Shown here piece after piece: positions 49,032-59,074 of a DNA stretch of 64,000 nt. Origin of the DNA: Caecitellus pseudoparvulus. Its lineage: Eukaryota > Protista > Bigyra: Bicosoecida. The stretch is from positions 186,001 through 250,000 of the forward strand of contig CBFFRQ010000093.1 in assembly GCA_965644315.1 (NCBI GenBank). The letters run 5' to 3'. Each line of letters opens with the position of its first letter. Positions within the stretch are counted from its first letter, which is position 1. Below the pieces are notes generated by a model. That model ran no database searches. It had not been told where the DNA came from and saw nothing but the letters and a program-made list of their open reading frames with translations. The position numbers and the translations under genes were made by a program.

Positions 49032-50637
49032 ATGTCTCGGGCAGGGTCCAGGGGGAGGCTGTCACCGGCGGCGTCTGAATCAGACAGCGATGATGGTGGC
49101 ACACACCCCCAGGAGGACCTGCACCCAGATGACGTGCAAGAGGCCGTGTCTATCCTGCGCACGACGAAGGAGCACTTTACAGAGCCAGAGACAGGCGAGC
49201 CTTCCCGCCTTGCGAAGGACTTGTTCCTGGAGCCCTCTCAAGCTGACCACGCAGACATCCAGAAGATGGACGCAGCTGACCCGCTGTCGCCCGAATTCTT
49301 GGGTGCCTTTGGCAGCGTGGGGCATCACGTGTTTGCTGTTAAGTGCCAGGAGCTCAGGGACCACTTTTGGTTCCGTACCACCATCATTGGCTTCATCATC
49401 TTGGCGGGCGTCCTTGTTGGCGTGCAGACTTACCCCATTCCCAACGCGACGCTCGCCGCTGCGCTAAAGGTCGTGGACGAGTTTGTCCTCGCAGTGTTTG
49501 CGGCAGAGATCGTCATTAAGGTGGCCGCTGAGGTGTGTTCCGGCACCGTCCCTGGGCGCCATGCGCACCGCCACACTCGCAGAGGTCGCACACCCGCTCG
49601 ATCCACCTTCACAGGGCCGCTTTCCGTGGAAGTTCTTCTACGACCGATGGAACGTCTTCGACTTCATTGTCGTGTTGGTCGGCTACCTGCCCTTTGACAC
49701 GCAGGGTGTGACGTCGCTGCGTTCGGCACGACTCGTTCGCGTGCTGAAGCTGGTGCGGGCGCTGCCCAAGTTGCGTGTGTTGGTGATGGGACTGCTTTCA
49801 TCACTGACCAGCATTTCGTACATCGCGCTTCTGCTGCTGCTGCTTTTCTACCTCTATGCAGTGCTGGGCGTGAGTGTCTTCGGGACCAACGACCCAGTGC
49901 ACTTCGGCACCCTGCACATCGCCCTCATCTCCCTCTTCCGGGCGGCGACGCTGGAGGACTGGTCAGACCTCATGTACATCAACTTCTACTCGTGCAAGGT
50001 GTATGGCTACAGCGAGTTCATCCACCTGTGCACGGAGCCATCGGCGCAGCCCTTCCTGGCGGCGCTGTACTTTGTGACGTTCATCGTCCTGTCGAGCATG
50101 CTGGTGCTGAACACGTTCGTGTCTGTCATCACGAGCTCCATGGCGGAGGCGCGGGCGGCGCTGGAGGGGGAGGTGGAGGCCACGCAAGGCAAGGAAGATA
50201 TCACCGACGACGACGAGTACCTGGAGGCAAAGTTGAACGAGCTGACTGAGGTGATGGCTCACATAGCAGACGAAGTGGAGGCGTTCGCACAACTTGAAAA
50301 GCAGCGCAAAGCTAGCGATATGGCAGCAGCGCTGGACGCCGAGTCTGACACGGATAGCCAGAGTGACGATGACGCGCAGGGCGCCGCGGAAGCTGGCGGC
50401 AAGCGCCAGGAAAGCCCGGCCAAGAGCCCGACGCTTTTGGAAGGTTGGGCAGCATCTCGGCATCCGGCCGGCCCTCCTTCAGCCACAAAGGTGCAGCCTC
50501 AACCTGGCAGCAGTGCTGATAGCAAGTCGGCCAACAAACGGGTTGACGTCCCGCCCATGGTCGACGACTCCACCACGGCAAGTGGCAAAGCCACACCCAA
50601 GCACCAAGGCGGACACGAACCCACACCAGGCGCTTAG
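49032..50637 (+). CDS. Single-domain (6TM) voltage-gated Na+/Ca2+ channel, BacNav/EukCat-like
   Basis: Intron 49533-49614. WNVFDFIVV, S4 LRSARLVRVLKLVRALPKLR, pore FRAATLEDWSDLMY, S6 LVLNTFVSVI, coiled-coil C-terminal region. Confidence 0.88.
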
Positions 50638-50872
50638 AGCCTTCTCCTTTTGCGTCCATGTGAATGTATTGCCTTTGCGAGGGTGTTTGACGGGTGTCAC
50701 TACCCGCACAGCAGAGTTATCCACAGAATGCTCAATGACCCCGGTAAGCCAGAATACGTCAACCATCATACCGCTACAACCCCAGAAGCCCCTTGTCGTT
50801 ACTCCAATCGCACGCGTAACTGTGTGGGAGGGCAGTCGAAGTGCGGGGCGTGTTGAGCGGAATTCGGGTGCC

Positions 50873-53029
50873 ATGCCGCGCCGCGGAAAGCGGCCTGGAA
50901 AGCCAGCGTCTGGTTCCAGGCGCAAGCCATTCTCAGGAAAAGCCAAGAAGGAGCAGCTCAAGGCGAAGAGGGAGCGCCGACGCGACGAACCTTTCAAGCC
51001 AGCCTTGGCTGCTGCTGATGACGTGGCGGGCACAGTTTCTGGAGAAGGTGGCGTCAGAGTGCATTCCTCGCTAGGAAGGTCTGGCCAGGAGAACTTGCTC
51101 AGCACCATGTTTGTGAAGGAGCTTGACGCAGTTGTTGCAGCCAGGAAAGCAGACGCTGCAGCTCCCATCAACGTGTCGGCAAGGGGGAGCCGGCTGCGTG
51201 CCGAGGATGAGACTCGCAGTGCGCTGCCCATGCCGCTGCCCCTCCACCTGCTACGAGCGTCTGCTGGCCCAGAAGCGCCTGTGCCCCCGCCGACCTCTGC
51301 GAAAGCCTTCTCGACCGACGCTGAGAAGGACGCCTTTCAGGCTTGGCTGAAAGGCATCTACGGCCGCATTCCAGCCACTGCCCTGAACGCCTTTGAAGTG
51401 AACATGCTTGTCTGGCGCCAGCTGTGGCACACTCTGAACAAAGCAACAGTCCTTGCGCTCATTGTGGATGCCCGCAACCCCTTGTTTCACTTGCATTGGC
51501 ATTTGTACCATGTCGTGTGCGAGGTGCTGCAGAAGCGCTTGGTCGTTGTCCTGAACAAGTGCGACTTGGTACCACCTCAAGCGCTGGCGGAATGGCTGGC
51601 CTACTTGCCCACGGCATTCCCTCGTGTGGCGGCATTTGTCCCCTTCTCAGCCTACGCCGCATACCTAAAACATGGCGAGGGCGGGGAGACCCTGGCACAC
51701 CGGCGGCGTGCCATTGCGACCTCGTACAACTGTCATGATGCACTGCACACAGAGCGGAGGCTGCCGCTCGCCCAAGGCGTCCTGACAGCTCTTGGCTTGG
51801 ACGCGGCGTGGCCAGCTGTGAAACGGCGCATGGAAACTGCCTCTGGCTCAGGGAGGGCAGGCCAAGAGCGCCGCCTGGCTGCCGCCGAGTCCTCGGCAGC
51901 GGCCCTAGCGGGGCTGGGTCGTCCCTTGACTCCCACGTCGGGCGATTCTGACGAGGATTGGAGCACGACGGCCGGGAAGGGCAGTCGTCGCCGCAAGGTG
52001 AAGGGGCGCAGTCGGCGCAAGGCTTCAGGCCCCTCCCCTGCACCTGAGCCCGAGCCAGAGCCACCCCAAAGGGGGCAGGAGGACCAGGCGCCGGCCGTTG
52101 CCGAGCCGGTGGTGGTGGGCATGATTGGGTCACCGAACGTTGGCAAGAGTAGCGTCATCAATACCCTCGCTGGTGCCAAGCTTGTGAGTGTGAGCCGGAC
52201 GCCAGGGCACACTAAACACGCCCAGACCATTCCCATCATGCCCAACGTGACCCTTCTGGACTGTCCGGGCCTCGTCTTTCCGCGGACCTTCGACCACAGC
52301 GCTGAAGGGGTGCTGAGCAGCATTGTGCAGGACATGGCGGCAGCAGCCAGCACACCCCACACGGAGCCCGTGGAGGGCGGCGCGGAAGCGCCCCCTGAGC
52401 ACGGCGATATCCGGGAGTCCCTGACTGAAGAGCAAGGCGAAACTGGATCGAAAGGCGCACCTCACGCCTTCGCAGCTGGTGCGTGGGACACAGATGACGA
52501 CAGCTCTGGTGAGGAGGTGGGAGGGGGGGATGAGACGGCCCCGCCTCAACCACAGCAGCCGGCGCCATGCACACCCATGTCGTCTCTGAACCGCCTTACG
52601 CTGCTGCAGGAGGGAATCGGCAAGCAGGTCTCCATGGCGGAGTGCTGTGGCGTGGTGCCGCTGGCTCAAGTCCGTGAGCCTTTCTCTGCCATGCGGTTCT
52701 TGGCGGAGACCATGGACATAGAAGCGTGGCTTCGCGTCACTCCCGCACCTGAGGCTACTTGGCCTGCGGATGCTCCCCACACTCCCCACCTGCGAGCCCA
52801 GTGTACTTCGTGGTCTCCTTTGGACCTTTGCGAGGCTGTGGCAGAGGACAGAGGGCTCTTCATCGCCAGGACAGGCCGGCCTGACAGCCACGCGGCAGGA
52901 CGGGCCGTCCTCTACGATGTTGTTGATGGGATCCTTCCGCTGTGGTGGTGGCCGCCGTCACCTTGTGACGCAGCTGAGGTTGACCCATGTCCCGTTACCG
53001 CTTCCGCTGCTGAAGCAGAGCACGTCTAG
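50873..53029 (+). CDS. GNL1: Circularly permuted GTPase GNL1 (HSR1/YlqF-RbgA family)
   Basis: N-terminus KPFSGKAKKEQLKAKRERRR; FEVNMLVWRQLW, IVDARNP, G4 NKCD preceding G1 GSPNVGKSS, VSRTPGHTKH, G3 DCPG. Confidence 0.9.
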   Translation: MPRRGKRPGKPASGSRRKPFSGKAKKEQLKAKRERRRDEPFKPALAAADDVAGTVSGEGGVRVHSSLGRSGQENLLSTMFVKELDAVVAARKADAAAPINVSARGSRLRAEDETRSALPMPLPLHLLRASAGPEAPVPPPTSAKAFSTDAEKDAFQAWLKGIYGRIPATALNAFEVNMLVWRQLWHTLNKATVLALIVDARNPLFHLHWHLYHVVCEVLQKRLVVVLNKCDLVPPQALAEWLAYLPTAFPRVAAFVPFSAYAAYLKHGEGGETLAHRRRAIATSYNCHDALHTERRLPLAQGVLTALGLDAAWPAVKRRMETASGSGRAGQERRLAAAESSAAALAGLGRPLTPTSGDSDEDWSTTAGKGSRRRKVKGRSRRKASGPSPAPEPEPEPPQRGQEDQAPAVAEPVVVGMIGSPNVGKSSVINTLAGAKLVSVSRTPGHTKHAQTIPIMPNVTLLDCPGLVFPRTFDHSAEGVLSSIVQDMAAAASTPHTEPVEGGAEAPPEHGDIRESLTEEQGETGSKGAPHAFAAGAWDTDDDSSGEEVGGGDETAPPQPQQPAPCTPMSSLNRLTLLQEGIGKQVSMAECCGVVPLAQVREPFSAMRFLAETMDIEAWLRVTPAPEATWPADAPHTPHLRAQCTSWSPLDLCEAVAEDRGLFIARTGRPDSHAAGRAVLYDVVDGILPLWWWPPSPCDAAEVDPCPVTASAAEAEHV

Positions 53030-53177
53030 CAACCCACGGCGCTCGAGACCACAATACAAGCAACGTTCACCTTACGCATGAAAGTATAGAAGCTCCATTG
53101 CGTTGAGCTGAAGGCACACCCCTTTGTTTCTGCTCTATCAAGCAAAGCGCTGCAACTTCAAGCCTGCCTTGGAAAAC

Positions 53178-54549
53178 ATGGCAGCTGCAGCGTCCCCTCC
53201 CACGGCGGCAGCCCCTCCCCCTCAACCGCCTGCTTCTCAGCACTCAGCCACCACTCCAGACACTGTACACATGCAGGCTGGACAACAGGCTGGCGTGGAC
53301 ATGACCCAGAAGCTCGTGAGTGCCGCGGCGTGGTGCGAGTCGCCCCGATTTCCGCAAGGCACGCAGGGCGGCGCTTGTGTGCACGCAGCGACTGGGCCTG
53401 CGCTGGGACTTCACGCCGGGCATGCCGGCTGTGGACCTGGATGCGTCTGCGTTGCTGTTCGACGAGGTGGGCTTCTTGGTGGACGCGGCGTACTACAACC
53501 AGCTGTCTGCTGGAGGTGGGTCTGTCACGCACAGCGGCGATGAGAAGAGCGGCGCGTCGGAGGGGGACGACGAGAGCATCACAATTGACGGTCCTCGTCT
53601 ACCGAGCAACGTGCGCGTGATCGTGGTGGTGTTGAACGCTTTCCGTGGCGGGTCGTTGGGTGACCTGGAGACGGCATCGGCGAGGCTGTGTGTGGAGGGC
53701 GGTGGGGTGTTGGCAGACATGTCACTGGGTGGTGCGGGGTCGGCGACGGCGGCGGTGATGTGTGTGCTGTACCGTGACCATGCGTCGGGTGTGTGGTCTG
53801 TGAAGGACATCAGCAAGCACGGTCTGGGTCGGACGTTCATGGCAAGCATGCCGATCATCCGGCCGGTGGTGGATTCGCTGTTGGACCCTGTGATGGTTGA
53901 GGAGCGGGGTCAGATGGACTTGGGCAAGACGTTCAGCATGAGCAAGGGGCAGGACATGGCGCTGCCTGGGGGTGTGGGCGAGGTGCAGGTGGGTCTGGGG
54001 TGGTCGTGTCGTCGTAGCTTCGACTTGGACGCGAGCTGTCTGATGGTGAAGCCGGGTGTGGAGCCGAGCATCCACAAGGTGGTGTACTACGGAAACCAGA
54101 ACGCGCCAGGTGTGCGTCACAGCGGCGACAACACGACGGGTGCGGGGTCGGGCGACGACGAGGTGATCAAGGTGAGTCTGGGCTCTGTGCCTAGGGAGGT
54201 GGGTGAGTTGGTGTTCACGGTGAACATTTACACGTCTGGGGGTACATTTCGGGACGTGCACGACGCGTACGTGCGGCTGGTATGTCAGGGGAAGGAGCTG
54301 GCGCGGTACAAGCTGGACGAGGGGGTGACGACGGATGGCCTGATGTTTGCGAAGCTGTATCGTTGCGGGTCGCAGTGGCGCATGCTGGCAATGGGGGAGC
54401 AGATTCGCGGCCGCACTGCCAATTCTGACTCTGTGAAGCGCGCTGTTCTGGGACTTGCCGATGGAGAAGCCATCCCATCTTCCAGAGCTTCCCCTGCTTC
54501 CGGTGGGGGCGGCGGCGGAGGTGACGGCGGCTGCTGCACCATCATGTGA
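53178..54549 (+). CDS. Tandem TerD-domain protein with C-terminal CaaX motif, copy 1
   Basis: Intron 53316-53388. Two TerD domains (LGLRWD...DLDASA...HSGDEKSGASEGDDESI; VGLGW...DLDASC...HSGDNTTGAGSGDDEVI); ends GGCCTIM. Confidence 0.9.
53279..54395 (+). repeat. ~1.1-kb direct repeat, copy 1 (partner 57765-58881)
   Basis: About 11 substitutions counted by eye, one in the intron and only one non-synonymous (D>N); offset 4486 nt. Confidence 0.95.
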
Positions 54550-54664
54550 GCATGAACCAACCAACCAAGGTGAGCCAGCGGGGACACCCCACTGCCAGCC
54601 TTGCAAGCATCGACAGAATGCACTCTGTGCGTGGACAGCTACGTGAGCTGTCGGTGGGGCCAGT

Positions 54665-57319
54665 TCACGCGCCCAGCCGGAATCCGCGCGCACGCTTGAC
54701 TTCCTGAGGCTTGCCACCTGCCCCATGACTCCGTTTCTGACCGCCCGTTGGAGACGCAGGGGTCGGGCGGGCAACAGAGGATATGATTGCCCCGCCTGCA
54801 GATGCATGTTGGTTGGCCAGCTTCATGAGTTCTCTCTCCCTCCCCACTGCCACAAGGGCAGTCACGAGCCTGGCGGTGGAATACGCCACGCCCACCTCTG
54901 GCACAGCATCCAGCACTGCTCGCGCTCGAACAAGACGAAAATTGCCATCGGCACGTTTCGCCTCTTCTCGAATGGCCCGAAGGAGTCGGCCCAATGCAGC
55001 TGGCGCGTTCACAAGCTCAGGGTGCACGGAGGCAGGAGTGAAGCCAAGTCCGGCAAGCGGCACATCTTGGCCGGCCATGATGCAGTCTGCGATGTAGCCC
55101 ACGACAGTGCCGACTTTCACCCCCTTCTCACTCGCAACGGTGAACAGGTCTGTTCCTGCACGCAGTTTGTCCGCCGCTTCTTGCTTGGTGGCTGTGATGT
55201 GGGGGACCGTGTCTGCGGAAGTCTTGTTGATGCTCTCATCAAGAGTGGCGGCGGCAGGTGCAGGGGCCAGCTCGTGCAGGTTCACATCCATGCTGAGAGC
55301 GTGCATGTCTGCCATGACGGACAGCGTTGCCAAGAGCTGCTGTCCCCACTGCTGCACCTGGTGCTGCCCCATGCCCGGCAGCTGCTGAAGGCTGTCCAGC
55401 GTTGAGGGTCTGTGTCGCACGAGCGCTGTGAGGGTGGCAGTGGACGCCACGGCAAACGGCGGCAACCCTGACTTGTCCGCCAACTGCTTGCGTGCACTCT
55501 CCATGGCGCCCAGGAGCTCTTTCTCAGCTGGGCTTAGGGGCGTTGGCGGTGTGTGGCGGACAGGTCCACCGCTGGCTGGCCTAGACTTGGCGCCCGGCGA
55601 TGTTGGAAGGGCAGCAGCCAGGTCAACTGGCGGTACAAAAGGTGGCACTTGTCTGGACGTGTCCGCCAAAAGGGCCTGTCCGCCAGGCGTCAAGGCGTAT
55701 GCCACGTACGACACGGTTCGGGCGCCTCGCATGGAGATCTGCTCCTCACAGCACCAGCCGTGCACAGCCAGGGCCCGTAGAAGGGCCCTCCAGGCCTTCA
55801 CAGAGAGCTTTCCACCAGATCCATAGAGCCCGCTACTCAATCTTTGCTCTTGTGAGTACTTTTCGATGAAGCGCTTTGCGTGCGAGCCCGTGAGAAGGGA
55901 GCAGGCATCCCCAGCCGGCGCCCGGGGGCCGCAGAATGCAATGGCGCGCAGGGCAAGGCGTGCTTCTGCAGTGAAGTCCCTAGCACTATCTGAGGCCTTG
56001 CGCCCCTCTCGCTCAAACTTGAGCCGTGTATCGCAGCCGTCACAGCAGTGGTCGCCGCCACAGCCGGCTGGCAGCTCAGAGGGGCTCGCCCCAGACTCCC
56101 CGAAGTAACGCAGGATGTAAGCCCTGCGACAAGCAGTTCTACTCAACAGAGAAAACTCCTTCATGGCACTGAGCATTTCCAGCTTGTGGCCAAGGCTGGA
56201 CTGTGTGGAAGAGGACGTCAGCAGGGCCTGTGCAGTCACAAAGTCGCTTGGGCCGCTGAAGAGAATGCACCGGCTTGCAGCACCATCTCGTCCAGCACGC
56301 CCCGTCTCTTGGTAGTAGGACTCCACACTCTTCGGCGCTCCGTAGTGCACGACACACCTGACGTCGTGCTTGTCTACACCCATGCCAAAGGCAGTCGTGC
56401 AGCACACAACGCCCACTTCGTCCGCAAGAAACGCACGGTGCACGTCCGTGCGCTGCTGGGCGCTCAAGCCTGCATGGTACACGCCAGCGGCAATGCCACA
56501 GTGATTCTTCAAGGTGGCCGCGGCGCTCTCAGCCGCTTTCCGCGTCTGTGTATACACGATGCAGCCCCGGGCACTGCCCATGGTGGAGGTGATGAAGTCA
56601 AATGCCCCTTTGAGGTCTCTCTGGGCCCCCGTCTTCATGCGCACTGTGTAGTGGAGGTTCGGGCGATTGAAGGAGCTGACAATGCAGGCCGGGTCTCTCA
56701 GCCGCAGCACTTGAATGATGTCTTTCTGCACCCGGGGAGTGGCAGTCGCAGTCAGGGCAATGGTGGGCACGCCGGGAAAGTACTCCTGGCATGCCTCCAG
56801 CAGCCTGAAGTCCGGACGGAAGTCCATGCCCCACTCTGACACGCAATGGGCCTCATCCACGGCCACCCCTACGATGTTTGCCGCGCGAAGCGACTTGTGG
56901 CAGGTGCGCAGAGTCTCAGGGGTGGTGTACACCAACGCGTACTCCCCGCTGGCCGCTGCTTCGGCAGTGGTCATGGATGCAGACGACAGAATGCAGTTTG
57001 AAATGCCCCTTGCAGTCAGTGCCATGCTCTGGTCCTCCATGAGCGACAGCAGCGGGCTCACTACCAGCTGCACTCCAGCAAAGCCAGCCTGCACACGTCG
57101 TTTGTGCACGACGGGCAACTGGTAGCACAACGACTTGCCAGAGCCAGTGGCCATCACAACCAATGCATCCTTACCACCAAAAACAGCTTGGAGTGCTTCC
57201 CACTGCCTGCCTCGGAACGCGGAGTGGCCCCAAACCGCTTTCAAGGTTTCCTGCGCACCTTCCTTTGAAACTCCGCTCGCGCAACTCCAGGCTGCCCCTG
57301 AGCCGCTTGAGGCGAACAT
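54665..57319 (-). CDS. RecQ-family DNA helicase (WRN-like helicase-RQC-HRDC-HTH, no exonuclease domain)
   Basis: MATGSGKSLCYQLP, VDEAHCVSEWGMDFRPDF, ALTATAT, AFGMGVDK, YYQETGRAGRDG, Zn-binding CRRAYILRYFGE...CCDGC, HRDC-like region and C-terminal HTH. Confidence 0.93.
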   Translation of the reverse strand: MFASSGSGAAWSCASGVSKEGAQETLKAVWGHSAFRGRQWEALQAVFGGKDALVVMATGSGKSLCYQLPVVHKRRVQAGFAGVQLVVSPLLSLMEDQSMALTARGISNCILSSASMTTAEAAASGEYALVYTTPETLRTCHKSLRAANIVGVAVDEAHCVSEWGMDFRPDFRLLEACQEYFPGVPTIALTATATPRVQKDIIQVLRLRDPACIVSSFNRPNLHYTVRMKTGAQRDLKGAFDFITSTMGSARGCIVYTQTRKAAESAAATLKNHCGIAAGVYHAGLSAQQRTDVHRAFLADEVGVVCCTTAFGMGVDKHDVRCVVHYGAPKSVESYYQETGRAGRDGAASRCILFSGPSDFVTAQALLTSSSTQSSLGHKLEMLSAMKEFSLLSRTACRRAYILRYFGESGASPSELPAGCGGDHCCDGCDTRLKFEREGRKASDSARDFTAEARLALRAIAFCGPRAPAGDACSLLTGSHAKRFIEKYSQEQRLSSGLYGSGGKLSVKAWRALLRALAVHGWCCEEQISMRGARTVSYVAYALTPGGQALLADTSRQVPPFVPPVDLAAALPTSPGAKSRPASGGPVRHTPPTPLSPAEKELLGAMESARKQLADKSGLPPFAVASTATLTALVRHRPSTLDSLQQLPGMGQHQVQQWGQQLLATLSVMADMHALSMDVNLHELAPAPAAATLDESINKTSADTVPHITATKQEAADKLRAGTDLFTVASEKGVKVGTVVGYIADCIMAGQDVPLAGLGFTPASVHPELVNAPAALGRLLRAIREEAKRADGNFRLVRARAVLDAVPEVGVAYSTARLVTALVAVGRERELMKLANQHASAGGAIISSVARPTPASPTGGQKRSHGAGGKPQEVKRARGFRLGA

Positions 57320-57657
57320 GGTGCCTGATTTGAGGTATGAACGGATGAAGCCTCAAACCAAGTGCTCGAAGGCTTTGTATTTGATATCAAAGGCGCCGAA
57401 GGCGGGCTGAAAGGTGGGCAGGGCAGGCCTTGTGTCCCAGCTCCTTTCCCGGCTTCTGCTCGGGCAGAAAATGCCTGGTGCGCAGCCTCGAGCCACAGCC
57501 CTCTTGAGCGAGTCAGATGCAGCGACTTCACAAAAACCAAAACCCAACTATGCGCTGCAAGATTTCCGAGGCGAGATGATTGTTTTTGATCCGCGCAGGA
57601 ATTCGTGCTGCGGGCCTGCACTGCCGAGCCACGATTCGGCGAGCACCTCCCACAAGC

Positions 57658-59074
57658 ATGGCAGCTGCAGCGTCCCCTCCCCCTGCCACCGAGTCGGCCT
57701 CCCCGCCGTATCCACCACAGTCACAGCTCCCAGCTACTACTCCCGACACTGTGCATCTTCAAATTGGACAACAGGCTGGCGTGGACATGACCCAGAAGCT
57801 CGTGAGTGCCGCGGCGTGGTGCGAGTCCCCCCGATTTCCGCAAGGCACGCAGGGCGGCGCTTGTGTGCACGCAGCGACTGGGCCTGCGCTGGGACTTCAC
57901 GCCAGGCATGCCAGCTGTGGACCTGGATGCGTCTGCGTTGCTGTTTGACGAGGTGGGCTTCTTGGTGGACGCGGCGTACTACAACCAGCTGTCTGCTGGA
58001 GGTGGGTCTGTCACGCACAGCGGCGATGAGAAGAGCGGCGCGTCGGAGGGGGACGACGAGAGCATCACGATTGACGGACCTCGTCTGCCGAGCAACGTGC
58101 GCGTGATCGTGGTGGTGTTGAACGCTTTCCGTGGCGGGTCGTTGGGTGACCTGGAGACGGCATCGGCGAGGCTGTGTGTGGAGGGCGGTGGGGTGTTGGC
58201 AGACATGTCACTGGGTGGTGCGGGGTCGGCGACGGCGGCGGTGATGTGTGTGCTGTACCGTGACCATGCGTCGGGTGTGTGGTCTGTGAAGGACATCAGC
58301 AAGCACGGTCTGGGTCGGACGTTCATGGCGAGCATGCCGATCATCCGGCCGGTGGTGGATTCGCTGTTGGACCCTGTGATGGTTGAGGAGCGGGGTCAGA
58401 TGGACTTGGGCAAGACGTTCAGCATGAGCAAGGGGCAGGACATGGCGCTGCCTGGGGGTGTGGGCGAGGTGCAGGTGGGTCTGGGGTGGTCGTGTCGTCG
58501 TAGCTTCGACTTGGACGCGAGCTGTCTGATGGTGAAGCCGGGTGTGGAGCCGAGCATCCACAAGGTGGTGTACTACGGAAACCAGAACGCGCCAGGTGTG
58601 CGTCACAGCGGCGACAACACGACGGGTGCGGGGTCGGGCGACGACGAGGTGATCAAGGTGAGTCTGGGCTCTGTGCCTAGGGAGGTGGGTGAGTTGGTGT
58701 TCACGGTGAACATTTACACGTCTGGGGGTACATTTCGGGACGTGCACGACGCGTACGTGCGGCTGGTGTGTCAGGGGAAGGAGCTGGCGCGGTACAAGCT
58801 GGACGAGGGGGTGACGACGAATGGCCTGATGTTTGCGAAGCTGTATCGTTGCGGGTCGCAGTGGCGCATGCTGGCGATGGGCCAGGGAGTGGAAGGGCGC
58901 AATGCCACGGCCGAGCCTGTGACCAAGGCTGCTCTTGGGTTAGAAGATTCCCCGACCACGTTTCAAGCAAGCCAGCCCTCTGCGAGTGCTTCAGGAGGCG
59001 CGTCAGCTGCCCAGCCTCCAGCTACAACGAGGCCAGGGGAAGCTGATGTGGGGGGCTGCTGTACCATCATGTGA
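57658..59074 (+). CDS. Tandem TerD-domain protein with C-terminal CaaX motif, copy 2
   Basis: Intron 57802-57874; same two TerD domains as copy 1; different N- and C-terminal linkers; ends GGCCTIM. Confidence 0.9.
57765..58881 (+). repeat. ~1.1-kb direct repeat, copy 2 (partner 53279-54395)
   Basis: Near-identical to copy 1 including the intron. Confidence 0.95.

Noticed and set aside
53279-58881. Direct repeats flanking RecQ as a composite transposon or LTR element
   Set aside because: The repeats are internal parts of intact intron-containing TerD genes; no transposase, RT, terminal inverted repeats or target-site duplication seen.
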